Shown: positions 1 through 12,089, numbered from the whole stretch's first letter. The stretch: 62,964 bases of DNA, filler included, from Sphacelaria rigidula (GCA_964200075.2; 7 parts of 7 records of this genome joined end to end with filler, not necessarily neighbours in it); one strand, 5' to 3'. Made by a program: numbers and translations. Notes: generated from the sequence alone by a model not told the origin.

Positions 1-329
1 AGCGCAAAGCGCCGTGGTGTGTTCATCGAGTCGCATGAAGGGTGAGCTGCATTCTGCGAAGATTGTTCGGCCCGAAGCCTACTGATTATCTTGCATTTGA
101 GTGATCGCGTACAATGAGTTAATTGCTTCATTATCTGGTATCGCCACTTCCAGAGACAGCCACATGTCACACACTACCTCATGGATTTATCACCATTTTT
201 GAAGAGAGGGTGTCTGTCCGCAGAGCAGCCCAAAAGCTCATCAAGTCAACCATGTTTGTTCGGAGGTTTCCCGCGGAAGATTCTAAGCTAGGAACGAGGC
301 CCAAGAGGCGCGGAATGATCATTCTGACC

Positions 330-720
330 AATCACGGCCGTGAAAATGAGCGCGTAGTTCCCCTACAAGTGGACTGCAGGTGGACTACTCCGCTGCCTAC
401 GGGCATATATATCATTTTGGCCGTGGTGAAGTAACCATAGATTACATGGATACGAATAACTTGTTTTGTACTCTGCTCGAGGCCTGTGCCGCCTCTCTGA
501 CGCCTCACGTATTGCCAGCATAGCTTCACACTGTCTGTAATGTTGTTGTTGAACACCAAGCAGAGGCATCAGCAGCATGTAGGGAATTGTGTTCAGTGGA
601 GAGCGATGGCGCGCTCACTGTTCTTGTTGTTTCTGGCGGAGACATACTGCACACAAACATTCTGACTCTGCACGCTATTGACTGCACTGTCAAAACGGGT
701 CACGGGTTCTCCGGAACTAT
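330..720 (-). pseudogene. Decayed coding fragment of unknown family, homologous to about 12090-12300
   Basis: TTGCCAGCATAGCTTCACACTGTCT shared at about 512 and 12139; minus-strand peptides VFNNNITDSVKLCWQ vs VFHNNTKDSVKLCWQ; in-frame stops. Confidence 0.5.
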
Positions 721-854
721 TTTCTATGTGGATGCCCAGCATTCACATAATTACGAAAAAAAGGTGTTTTGTGTAACGAGAAAAGAGTTGTTCTGAACCC
801 CACATGTGGCATAGTCCAACGTAGTCCTCCTGCGGGGGGGTCGCTGTATAAGGG

Positions 855-951
855 TTAAACCTTGAAAAGCGAGAATAGATCACCTGTTGAATCGGCATCA
901 GTTTCACTATTGAAAAGTATCCATGATCCACTCTCGCGGTCCAAGGGTCAA
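855..951. mobile_element. About 100-bp piggyBac-like MITE (family A)
   Basis: TTAA-acc...CGCGGTCCAAGGGTCAA ends and core CTGTTGAATCGGCATCA shared with copies at 3692, 5789, 36822 and 54280. Confidence 0.6.
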
Positions 952-1142
952 CGGGCGTGATACAAAGTTGCCCGGAAAATCTCTGGGATCTCCCTAGGAA
1001 CAGGCTGTCTGTACTTCTGGTGAAAAACATATTGACAGGGACGGATTCGCTGGGTGAACAAGATTGAAAACTTTTCCTTACTCCTTCGGTTCGTTCCGTC
1101 GATTCTACCCGAGTTCGAAAAAAAAAAAGGTCGGTGATTGCA

Positions 1143-2304
1143 TACGAGCTGGGCCAGCCTAGAAACGGATTTAAGCACTGAAAGCGATATCTCAAAGACA
1201 CAGACGAGTTGGGCCGTGATCCGCATATCGCATTACTCGTCTAATCAAGGGGAAGGTGCCCATCTGCTTAAAAATCTGCGCCAGTTTTTTTGTCGTCGAG
1301 TGAACCTCATGTCTAGTAATTCCTATACCTAGCGGAGATAGCGTTCACACTAAAATCTATATGAAACGCAGAACGATCGATCAAGCGGATGATGACGATT
1401 TTTGGCGTGAACCTTCCCTGGAGCACGGGGAGACGATAGATACCCTCAATTTCACCTAATTAGTTATCTATCTCGAGAAATGATGCACAAAAGGTTCCAT
1501 ACTAAAATCAGTATATTACGAGCAGAGGCACTAAATGACCTAAATCTGGATATCGCGTCTCAGTTTTTGAGAGCTGGGCTATGAAATTTAGTATGGAGAA
1601 CCGCTAGCGCATAATGAAATAAAAAACACAGCCTTTCTGTTTTTTTCTCATATTTTTTCGTGTTTTCAGGGGGGTTTTGAGGAGAAATGACAATTTTTAG
1701 AATCGTGATTTGAAACTTGGCATGGAGAACGACAGAAGTATGCTAAGTGAAAAAAAAAATGAGCCTTGATTTTTTTTTTTTCAGAAAAGGTTTGGGCGTT
1801 GTCGTGAAAAAATCATCGTTACCATACTAAAACGCCCTCAATCAGTGAAAAAAAGTAAACCTCACCCATTTTTCTTGGTTCATCACGACCTAGCAACGTC
1901 TCGCACAAAGTTTCAACCCACAAACACCAAACGTGGGCCGACAAACGGCCTGCAAAATACTGTTCCGAATTCCCGCCGCCTCGGTTTTTCGAATGTAAAT
2001 TCGCAACATTTTTCGTGGAGTTGGAAAGTGAGATTTGGTATGGACAATCAACAGGGCATGAAGGAAAGCTGTCTGCGAGGTCCCAGTGATTTTTTTTTCG
2101 TGAGTTAAGGGCAAGAATCAGTTTTGAGGTTTTAGTAAAATGCCCTAAACTCACGAAAAATAAAATCGTTGGGACCTCAGAGACAGCTTTTCTTCATGCC
2201 CTGTTGATTGTCCATACCAAATTTCCCTTTTCAACTCCAAGAAAAAAATTGCGAATTCGCCTGCAAAGTGCAAATCCGCTTGTAGGCTGCTGGCCCAGCC
2301 TGTA
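1143..2304. mobile_element. Non-autonomous TIR DNA transposon (family B), TA-flanked
   Basis: Left end TACGAGCTGGGCCAGCCTAGAAACGGATTT; right end AAATCCGCTTGTAGGCTGCTGGCCCAGCCTGTA; body homologous in reverse complement to 55722-58502. Confidence 0.75.
1997..2258. repeat. Long imperfect inverted repeat (about 115-bp arms, about 27-bp loop) inside the family B element
   Basis: TTTGGTATGGACAATCAACAGGGCATGAAG at about 2034 and its reverse complement CTTCATGCCCTGTTGATTGTCCATACCAAA at about 2192. Confidence 0.9.
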
Positions 2305-3691
2305 CCTCTATGACGGCCAAGGTGGGTCATCAAGGTCTTTGCGGTATTCTTCAAATGAAAAATGATGCCGATCCAAGAGATGATCAACACCTGGCGGTCA
2401 AAGGTTTAATCATGGTTTGGAGCGAACGCTGATATTCCAAGGAGGGTTGAAGATCCCGAGCTCTGGCTATCATACGCTGCACCGAGTGTTGCTCAAATTG
2501 ACGCCTGCGACACCAGTATGTTTTTTTCCAACGCGCACTTTGTCTGCTGTACTTCTGCCCCTCCCGCCTTGCCTGAAGGCCGTCGGTATGCATAAGGTTG
2601 GGGTTAGTATCCATTAATTTCCTAATATTTTAACCGTTGACTATTGTGACAAACTCGCGTACACATCCATTCGCCCATTTGATGAAAAGCACATTGAGTA
2701 TGCACGCTTTAACCCTTCTGGGACCGGGCCTCCAGAACGACCAATGAAGCCGGTTGGGAATGACGTTTCTGGCGTCTGCACGAAAGAGTGGCTTCATTCT
2801 GGTGAAAATCCACGTATGTAACCGCCGGGTTAGGAGGAAGGCCGAAAGTTTCATTCAATCTATTTTCAGGTGCAGGTGCAAACTGTAGTTCAGGTAGGAT
2901 GCGCATTAGGTAATGCACAGATGTAACAAGCAGTATGGGTCGCCGTAGAGAGCTTTCAACAGGATGTGGCGACCGGAGGGCCGCCCGCCACTCGTGGCTT
3001 TGGGTGATATTACTGTCCCCAATCACCTTGCCACACAGCCCTGTGGTCGGGGTGGGTCGCGAGTCCCATCTTTGTTGTAAGAGACAATTTTTATTCGAAG
3101 GGTATGGGCGTTGCGGCGCTCATACAGTGCAGTACGCCTCTCCGAATGCAGCAGAAGCTACCGCGGCGGATATCAGCTGCCGACACACAGCTTGTTCGTT
3201 CCCGTCGACTACATACGACCTCACTGCATGCTGTACCGCCTCAGCACAGGGATACGCAGAACACATGCCTCTGACTCTGTCTCTTGTCCCACGGCGTCGC
3301 TAGGTTGTAACGAGGTGACCACATGTATAGTAGGGTGTTCCTGTAGTTACTATGTTTTACTATAGGATGGTGACCCCAAAAAAACTTTGGGGAATGGGGG
3401 AAGGACCTGTATAAAATCCAGGTACGTGATGGGAAAAAAAAACCGGAAAAGAGATCCCCCAACATGGAGGCTTTCAATGGCTTCGAAGGCTTTTTTGTGG
3501 GCCAGAGACAGTGTACACAAACAAACTCGGCAGTGACATCGCTCTCGATCACAGCCCGCCCCACTGGTCGTTCGGATGTGGTCGATAAAGCTCGCCTCGC
3601 CGTGATTATGCATGTCGCTCCCAGACTTGTTTATTATTATTTCACCAACACAGGGCGAACCCCCTGTTACTGAAGATCAGTCCCAAAAAGG

Positions 3692-3798
3692 TCAAACCTT
3701 CGACCGCGAGGGTAGGTCACCTGCTGAATCGGCATCATTTTTACTCGGAAAATATGTGTAATCCAGAGGGACCACGCGCATCGCGGTCTAAGGGTTAG
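3692..3798. mobile_element. piggyBac-like MITE (family A)
   Basis: aaCCTTCGACCGCGAG...TCGCGGTCTAAGGGTTAG inverted termini; shared core. Confidence 0.6.
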
Positions 3799-4569
3799 CC
3801 CTTTTGGAACCGTTGGTGGAAAATTGACGATTTACAATCGACGTCTTTTCGGGCAAGAAATGGTTGTTTTACTACAGCTTTTGAGCAAACGATTCGCCCA
3901 AAGCGTGTCTTTCAGATCCGTGCGAATGGAACGTGGAAAAAATAAGGTTCGCTATTTGACGGTTATGACGAGTTGTTCGAAACGTCGGTGTTTTCTAACC
4001 CCGGTTAGAGTGCATGGCCGTGAAGTAATTGTCACGCTGTACCTGCACGCCCCTCCCCTCGCAGCTGATGCTTTGTGTCGCATCATAACAAGCCTGAGCC
4101 TAAGTTGCGATGACAGAGGCGACGCCGACGGCGCATTTACTTCAGTTATACCTGTCTACTGTCTGTTTTCGGAGACAGTCACCGTCAGGCCCTGTGGGGA
4201 TGCGTTCACCTACTCCTCTGTACTGAGTGTGATCATTACGACATTTTCAGCTTCTTTCAAGTGTATACTCACGTCATGCACGCTACTGTACTCTGTCGTG
4301 CACGTTTATACGGCACCACACTGCGGTTTCATCATTCCATAACGGCGACGCGGAGACCATGCACCCTGCCCTTATACACACCCCTCGTGCACCGTAGGCG
4401 GAGGCCGTCATGTTGGCGTATCCGATACAAGCTGCCACTTATTGTGCTGCGATCTTACGGCATATCTTATCCTGCGCTTTGTGCCGTACGTTTCCACGAC
4501 GCCACCTCTATGCTGCTGGGTGATCATGCCTGAACGTTACACAGCCGTGCTTTGTGCTGCGTGAGGTTC

Positions 4570-5626
4570 ATGACTCTGGCTGGTGCTATCGCGTTCGGAC
4601 CGTCTGTCCTCGTGGACGGCGTTGGAGTTTCATACAGTGATATTAAACACCTTCTGTCTTCTTGCATGGAAGACCGTAACATCGTTATTCAGTTATATTG
4701 ATGTGCCACATTCGCGCACCGAACTCAAGTTGAGGTAATTCCCGCTGACACAAATCACATATATGAGAGTTTCGTCGATGCATACAGTTGGACACTACGC
4801 CCGTCGCGTGACGTCATTGGACAAACCCAACCCGATCGCTCCGGGGTTTCATGTTCGGTACATCCATGACGTATGCTTCTGGAGTCTTCTTTGGTGTTCC
4901 ACAGTAAAAATGGCTGCCGTCGGTCTTTTCTGTTTCCATCTTCTTCGTCACAACTTGAAATAATGAGGCGTCTGGCCCGGGGACAGGAGGGGGGGGTCCC
5001 AAAAGGGTTGAGCCTCGCGCATGTTTTTAAGCCATCAAACCCTATCACTGGGGGTCTCTTCTTTTATGGGTCTTCGGGATCAAGCACGCCAAAAGTTCAT
5101 GGCTTTGAGTTTTTTGTATATATGAAAGAACACACGTGTCGACAAACATTGCCCTCCGTCATTGATTCTGTGCCATAACTGTGACCAAACGACCTGAACA
5201 GCAAACAAGCGAAAACTATTCGAGAAGGCCCAGCTGAAGCGACGATACGCCAAGCTCTTGAAAAAGGAAGCTCAAGCAGAGAGCGGCGAGGCCGCCGACC
5301 ACCATCACCAGACCAACCAGGACGGTGGCAAGAAGGATCTGCAGTCAGCGCAGACGGCTTTATCGTCAAGGCACGATGGACGACTAACGTTGCAGCAGAA
5401 AATCGCAAACACCGGTGCTGGAAAACGAAAACGAGGTGTGCGCTCAGCGATCACAGAGGAGCAAGAAGAAAGGCGTGACGATGTCGATGGAGACAGACAA
5501 GGAGGGCAGGGAGGCGGAGGAGGGGACGTACAACCAGTAGGAAGCCGAAATCAAGAGAACGGAAAGAGGAGAAAACAAGGCCATCGACCAGACCCGTTCC
5601 AAGAGGCCAAGGTGCGACCGGCTTAG
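4570..5626 (+). pseudogene. Degenerate long reading frame of unknown family, ending in a charged low-complexity tail
   Basis: One frame reads through from ATG at 4570 past ORF 4873-5178 with only a few scattered stops; no recognisable motif. Confidence 0.3.
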
Positions 5627-5788
5627 GTTATGGCACAGCCGAAATACGACAGAGATGTGATGAGGCTCTTGCGTTGGAATAGTCCATGTATGAAGAGCGT
5701 GAGCACGGCGCTAACGGTGTAGAGCATCCCCTTTAAGGAAGCATGGCGTACGTTTCACGAGTCGTTATCTGGGACATCTCGAGATAGA

Positions 5789-5894
5789 TTAACCCTCAGA
5801 CGGCGGCATTAGGCCATCTGTCGAACAGGCATCACTTTCACTTGGAAAGGGTATGCATGATCCAGATGGACTACTCTCGCGATCCAAGGGTTGA
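5789..5894. mobile_element. piggyBac-like MITE (family A)
   Basis: TTAA-CCCTCAGACGGCG...TCGCGATCCAAGGG-TTGA; TTAA target site with CCC/GGG termini is the piggyBac signature. Confidence 0.65.
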
Positions 5895-8284
5895 AAAGTG
5901 TTGTGACGTCCGTGGCAAAACTCGAAGTAGTGCGTGGACCCCGATGCGTATCTGGTGTAGAAGTTTAAACGTGTAGTGTAAAGAGGAGCTCTACCTCTGA
6001 AGGAGGCATTGCTCACATTGAACCCCTCTCACTATGCCAAAATTAACCGTCATGTTGGACGTTACTTAGTGGTGAGCACCGCAGCTGTCTTACATGTTTG
6101 CAGGACCTTCATAATACCTGTCTTCCTAGCGCTGATTACTTCATGGGCGGACCCTGTCATTGCCAAGGCCGAGTTCGTCTCGACTCGATGATTGTGTGTC
6201 ACTAGGTAGCCTCACATCTCACAAGGATAGATACTGTGCCGCCTCCTTGACTTGTTGGCTAACACGGGCATCTTCACTTGGCAGTTCAGGTGCACACACG
6301 TTCCTACGCTGGAAGTAAACGTTGAGGTATGTTCGTCATATTCCAGGGACATTTTTGCGACTTTCGTGGCTTTCGTGCAGGTGCTGATGCACTTGCGAAA
6401 CATCGTCACCAGCATTGTGTAAATGTAACTCTTTTCTTGCGTCGCTTCTTCGAGCGCAGGCCAAGGCCGACCAAAAGCGAAATGAGGAAGAGGAAAGGCA
6501 AAATGAGCGGGATAGGCAACGCCAGGAGAAGGAGCAAAGGGGGAAGAAGAGGAGAAAACAGCACGCATTATTGTCCAAACGAACACGCGGGGGGCAACCG
6601 GTCATGAAGCACACAATGCAGCACCTCTTGGCAAAGATTAAGTCTCAGAGCTAGAGGATGACCTCCTCCCGTCGGGGTATCGTGTGGCATTTACTTGTTG
6701 CTCTCGTGGCCGGTCCAAAATTTCAAGGTTGCGCAACAACAATCCGTCCTAGTGGGTGGTGGAGCAATATAGTGCCTTGGTTCCGCGTGTTGAAGATGAC
6801 TGTTGTCAACTGTTGCACGACACGAATGCTGGACAGAGCGTACGGGGTATCCTTTCTCTTGCTCTGTATCTCGAGGATTAAGGTGTACGATTTTTCCGTT
6901 CCTGTTTGCATCCACTTCTTGCGTCTACCTGTCTTTTTTTTAGCTGGTCTGCAGTGATCACATATGGTTTCTTGTTTTGCAAAAGGAACATACTATTCTC
7001 GGCGATATTTGGATCAGCGGTGCGTCAGCCGTTAGTGCGTTGAACGTAACTTTCACTTATAGACGTACCATCAACTTCAAGTCCCTACTTGGCAGCGCCT
7101 CGTACAGCGTTGACAATGGGGGAGGGAATCGTGTAATGTCTGCCTGTTCTCTCATCGCCGATCGAACTCTCATGTTACATGAACGGTCGGTTAACCACAC
7201 GAGGGCCCAACGAGGTCGGCCGCCCCCCCAAGCAATGGGGGAAAAACCTCCAGGAAAACTTACGTGTACTATGGGCTGTCCCATACAAAAGAGCCGGATG
7301 GAAATGGTTCGTCTACGGTGTCGAGGTTAACGATGCATACGATTGGGTCACTGCGGCGAAGAACATGGATGAACAAATGGCATTTTGGAGTCGAACAAGG
7401 GGCGGAAGGGTTTGAGAATACGTGGCGACGCGCGGACAAACGAGAATCAGACCGCCGTCACAAAGGAGAGGCCGCTGCGTAGGGGGCCGCCAATCGAAGA
7501 ATCCTGTCTGCTCACACCGGTTGTTGACAATGTCCTTGGTCGGTGACCCTGCGGGGCCCACTGGTGTGTGTATACTCTCCTGCCCTGCATCCCCAGGGAT
7601 TTTTCCATTTTTTTTTGTATTTGTCTTTTCTCGTATTTTCCTTTATTGTTTCAGATCGGCCATTTATTCCTATGCTTTGCGTTTGTTTACTTTTTATCCA
7701 TTTTTTTTCACGTTTATTATGACATTCTATTCGACTTTTTAGGTTCCTTGTTTTTTTTCAGCGAGTGTTTCAGCTTTGTTTTTTGATACGTCTATCATGT
7801 GACCACGACTGGATCCCTTGGGGGTCAATTGAAGAGCGACCATCAATCAATCAAATTACCGTAGAGGGTTTGTACTTCGTTGGTCCACGAAATTCGATTC
7901 TCAACGAACGACACAAGAGCACTCCCGTAAACAATTTTTGGCGAATGAAATATGTCAGCTTTCGCAACAACAGGCTGGTTCACGCTTTCGATCCGAAGTT
8001 CATCCATGAGCAAATGCGTCCCGCGATACCTACCCAATTGCCAGATGTAGGATATCACACTGACCAGCACGGACGACTGAACGGGGTGAGGGCGTGTTTT
8101 TCGCACACTTGTTTTCTGTAGGAAAAGTGCGGTGGAAAAAAAATCGATCTGACGGGTCCCTGACATATCTGGTCAACGGTGGTTTCTATTATTTTTGTAT
8201 TTAGTGGTGTGCGGCCAAGAAGGGGAAACAATTCCAATTTCACGAAGTGAATTTGCCTTCTGCCCCAGGTGAAAATGCTACCAC

Positions 8285-8730
8285 CCGATTTTCGCGACTA
8301 TTTTTTGCTAGATTTTTCCACTCTACAACCCCAATCGATTTCTTTTTTGGGGGAAAAACTTTGTCGAACAGAAACCAAACGCATCTTGCTCCAAGAAGCA
8401 CCTGGATACACAGCAGTTGCCGCTGCCTACCTTTTATAGTATCATCCTCCATATTGAAGTCTTGAGTGAGAGCGCTCAGCGTGCAGCTGCTTGACGCTAC
8501 CACTGCGTTCTGCCACGCACCCCTCCCCACGTACCCGACAAGGGGGCAACATCCCTGTACAGACAGTAGCAAGCTAGCAGATCCAACGTCCTGACAATCT
8601 GGCAGCCGGCAAGGTGGTTATGGTAGTGTCCTAGCGATAGCAACTTACAGTGCCAAGGAGCAGAGTTTGTAGGTGAATATTTCAGCGATTGCCTCACCTA
8701 TAGTTCGCCCAGATGTTGCGGATTTTTTTC
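8285..8730 (+). repeat. About 450-bp dispersed repeat (family C), copy 1
   Basis: Collinear with 16350-16790, e.g. TCTGGCAGCCGGCAAGGTGGTTATG and GCGATTGCCTCACCT. Confidence 0.85.
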
Positions 8731-8910
8731 ACGATTTCACTGTGTAATATTGAGTGATGCCACGGTAGGGGTACACGAATATTTTCTGAGGTTATAATTG
8801 TTAGGAGCCCTTCATCTCATGACAGCCGATCCTAATTGTCTCATTTCTCCATTGCAGGGAAGATACGAAAGAGTAACACAGAGCGAAAGTATCTTCCCCC
8901 CCCGAACTCC

Positions 8911-9010
8911 NNNNNNNNNNNNNNNNNNNNNNNNNNNNNNNNNNNNNNNNNNNNTTAATTAATTAANNNNNNNNNNNNNNNNNNNNNNNNNNNNNNNNNN
9001 NNNNNNNNNN
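8911..9010. other. Artificial contig linker (44N-TTAATTAATTAA-44N)
   Basis: Read directly; the 12-mer gives stops in all six frames; identical to five other linkers. Confidence 0.98.
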
Positions 9011-9419
9011 CCATCATGGTTACCGCAACAAAAACGCAAGGGCGCAAAAAAAACGGTAACCTGGTTGTTGGCCGGTTTGGGGGAGGGCTATCTCGGCAGC
9101 AGTCGAAGGGCCCACCTTACCGGGACTAACGAAAGAAGCGAGCGACGAAACAGATTTCTGCCTTTTCTTGGAGAAAAACGGCCGTAACACATTATCGCAG
9201 AACAAAGAATAAAAGTTAGGGGCTTTCGGGAAAACATCGCAGATTTGTCGCAAGGCTCGCAGATATTTCCCGCAGGGGCGACTTTGGGTGTGTGAGACGT
9301 ACGAAATCTCGCTAACACATACATGTATGCAAAACATCAACTAGAAGCACCCAGGCGCCGAAGCAAAGATATATGGGCCGGCATGGTCGTGTCTGCGAGG
9401 TGTAGGGCCATACTGGGGT

Positions 9420-9605
9420 TTTAGAGCCCGAAAAAGAGAAAAGGCGCATAAAAACATTTGAGGCGCCGATTTCCTCTCTTCAAGGTCTGAAAAAGAAGAA
9501 AGGCACACAAAAAAGAAAAAAGGCGCAAAAAAAAACAAAAAGGCGCCGAAAACGAAAAAAATAGGCGAAAAGCATGAAAACAGTACCCGGAAAACACGAG
9601 GAAAA
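9420..9605. repeat. A-rich array of short AAGGCG(C) motifs, possibly subterminal repeats of a DNA transposon
   Basis: AAGGCGC/AGGCG recurs at about 9441, 9500, 9520, 9540 and 9563 between A-tracts. Confidence 0.4.
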
Positions 9606-10002
9606 GTAGCCAAGGATCCAAAGTCTACACCTCAGGCACACGTGAACCGTCGTTTGAATCATAGACCCGCGGGCGAGCCGTGTTAGAGGCCGAGCCTGAA
9701 TTTCTGGCGCTAACTAGTGTGCAGCCACAACAATCCCCCCCCCCCCCATGAGATCAGTCGTGATATCCCTGTCCGGGACAGGTGGAGGAAGGGGTTCTCA
9801 TCCTCATGCACAGCGGACACGCTCAACCCCGACACGTTTTTTCTACATACTTGAATCAGATGACCTATTCGTTATGTTGGCATTTTTCAAACACTAGGCC
9901 GTGCGACAATTTTTCATCTTTTATCAGATAGTTCAATGCTCTCGAAACGATTGCGGAGGCACGTGGCTACAGAAAATACCATCGGTCGATAGTGTGACTC
10001 AC

Positions 10003-10414
10003 CGTCCTCAAGGATTCGCATAGCCTCTGGGCTGAACTCATGGTACACTCGACACGGCACGCAGTGATCTTGCTCGAAAATCGATCTCGCCGCGGAGATC
10101 CGATGATTTCTGTCCAAGACGCGAAACTCACACGTGCAGAGAAACTCCGATGTTATTGCTCCATCCTCCGGGACACCTTCATGTGGCATCACTATGGCTG
10201 GCGGATTGTGCGTGAGCCACCCCTTTGATTTCAACGAAGTGATGACCTTCTTCACTCCAGGAGGGTTCAGCTCGCGGGTGAGGGACGTCACGGCGATTTG
10301 AGATAACTTCATCGGAAACGTACCTACGTAGTGGCTGGTGAGAAGGGTTTCCATGTTCCGCTGTACTGGCGCTACTGTCCCTGACGGCTGACTTCTGACA
10401 TCAGGGGACTCCAT
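10003..10414 (-). CDS. Exon encoding a ParB/Sulfiredoxin-like (ParB-N) domain
   Basis: Open frame TRELNPPGVKKVITSLKSKGWLTHNPPAIV...FRVLDRNHRISAARSIF...VPCRVY fits the ParB/Srx pattern (R..helix..S...G...P.IV...DGxHR..A...VP); ATG at 10414; consensus donor G|GTGAGT after 10003. Confidence 0.65.
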
Positions 10415-11249
10415 CAGGCTGAAACAACGGTTGCCTGCTCCTTGACTGTTATGGTATGCAGGCTGCGGGCGGCAGTGCGGTGGGTTGTGTAAGGGAGGGG
10501 GGGGGGGGGGGGGGGGGGGGGATAGAGCGAGGGACGGCGAGAACATTCTAATATCGCTGTTAGTTGCAGGTCACGATCGGGACACGTTACCCACCTTTAC
10601 CCACAACGCCACCTGTACTCAGAATTCGGCAACGTATCTGGATCATATCAGTCTCGCATGAGTACTAATAAGCCATGTTCTTCGATAATATCTTACTTAC
10701 TAGCTAGTACGACGGTGTCTTTCTTACGAGCTCCACTTCCGGTAGAATGATGACCCACTTGCCGCGTGTCAGGTGCCATACCACTGAAACAATCCCACCA
10801 GTCAGGCAGGTGAAAAGACCTAAAGATTCCGATATTTGTCGAGATGTGTCCCATTCTCTGATCACGCTTCGAGTGCACATGGTCAGATGTACACAGGACC
10901 ACAGGATATTTGTCCCGAAATTCTGACGGTCAGTGCATGTTGATATGTGATGTCGGAAAGATTGATCTAAACGTGGGACAACGCCAACATCGTCGATGCT
11001 GTCCAAACATGACCACCCCGCCCATGCTGTCATAAACGTATGGGCATCGCCTACTCTCAAGCACTAGTGTGGGGCGTGCGTTTATGCCTATTAGAGAGGC
11101 GGGCAGCCTCCTGTTCGCGACCTCGGTTGAACCCACAGAGCGGAGCAGCGAATCATGTGGGCGTACCGGCGGCTTGACTCCAAAAAGAAGGGAAGAGCAA
11201 TCCCCTCTCGAGTCGATCGTTCCGGTGGCGGGTGCAACTCTCTCCACAC

Positions 11250-11850
11250 AGCCTATTGCGCTGCAAGATATATATGCTTGCATCGAGTTTCGAGTGCTAC
11301 CGCAGTCTACGGTGTGTTGAACGGTCCGTTGAAGGGACGCTTGATGCTCAGAGGTTGGCGTCGGAGCAAGAGGACCTCAGTCGTATCGTCGCGGGCAAAG
11401 CAAGACTGGCCTGGGTTCGAGAGCACGTGCCGTATCAGAAACCGGGTGAAAACATGGTGTCGATGCATGCTTTTGACGGCGTGGTGTGTAGTCAATTCTT
11501 CACACGAGCGTATGGTGTGTCGAAGAACTTCGTTGAGAACGCGAAGAAGAACCCGGGTGCTCCATCGGTATCGAGAACCACGTGAGTATCTTAAATCTCG
11601 TCGCCAAATGAAACGCTCACCAAGTTTGGGCAGATGTATAGCTCCCACTGGCGTGTAGTAAAGCGAACATAATATGTGGATTTCACACAAAATATAGCAG
11701 CAGTACTGTACTAGGCAAGCTCGACGTCGAAATAGACCGAAGATATGTGCTACCATAGCCTGCTGTGACCGTGCTTTACTGTAGCGTCGGCCGACACATA
11801 CCGGATCACTGCTTCTTGCCGTCGTACCCAGCAAAAACACTCAACAGGTG
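11250..11850 (+). pseudogene. Degenerate N-terminal part of a Sola/DUF7869-like DNA transposase
   Basis: VCSQFFTRAYGVS motif in ORF 11232-11585; GTGAGT donor at 11582; downstream frameshifted RPK...VGRHIPDHCFLPSYPAK resembles the GDxMP...LP motif; no catalytic DDD region seen. Confidence 0.4.
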
Positions 11851-12089
11851 TGACTGAATTGGTCCGTAGTAGGCTTCGGACGGGTGTAAACTCGTGAGGG
11901 CGCATCCAGGAACAACCGGTACAATTTTGAATCTTGAAATCGATAACTGTATCCAGTTGTACTATTTCGCGGCTGAGATCCGCCTCGGAACAGTTTCACC
12001 GGCTGACAGACCAGGAATATTCACGGGTTTCCAGAGGGCAAGGGGGTTCGACGTACAGCCGGAGAGCTCAAGGACCATTTTTTTCGGAA

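Noticed and set aside
8955-8966. Periodic TTAATTAATTAA palindrome as a biological site
   Set aside because: Always centred in 44+44 N; a standard all-frame-stop assembly spacer
10070-10130. Canonical sulfiredoxin (Srx1)
   Set aside because: Lacks the FGGCHR catalytic cysteine motif; LDRNHR fits ParB-type DGxHR better
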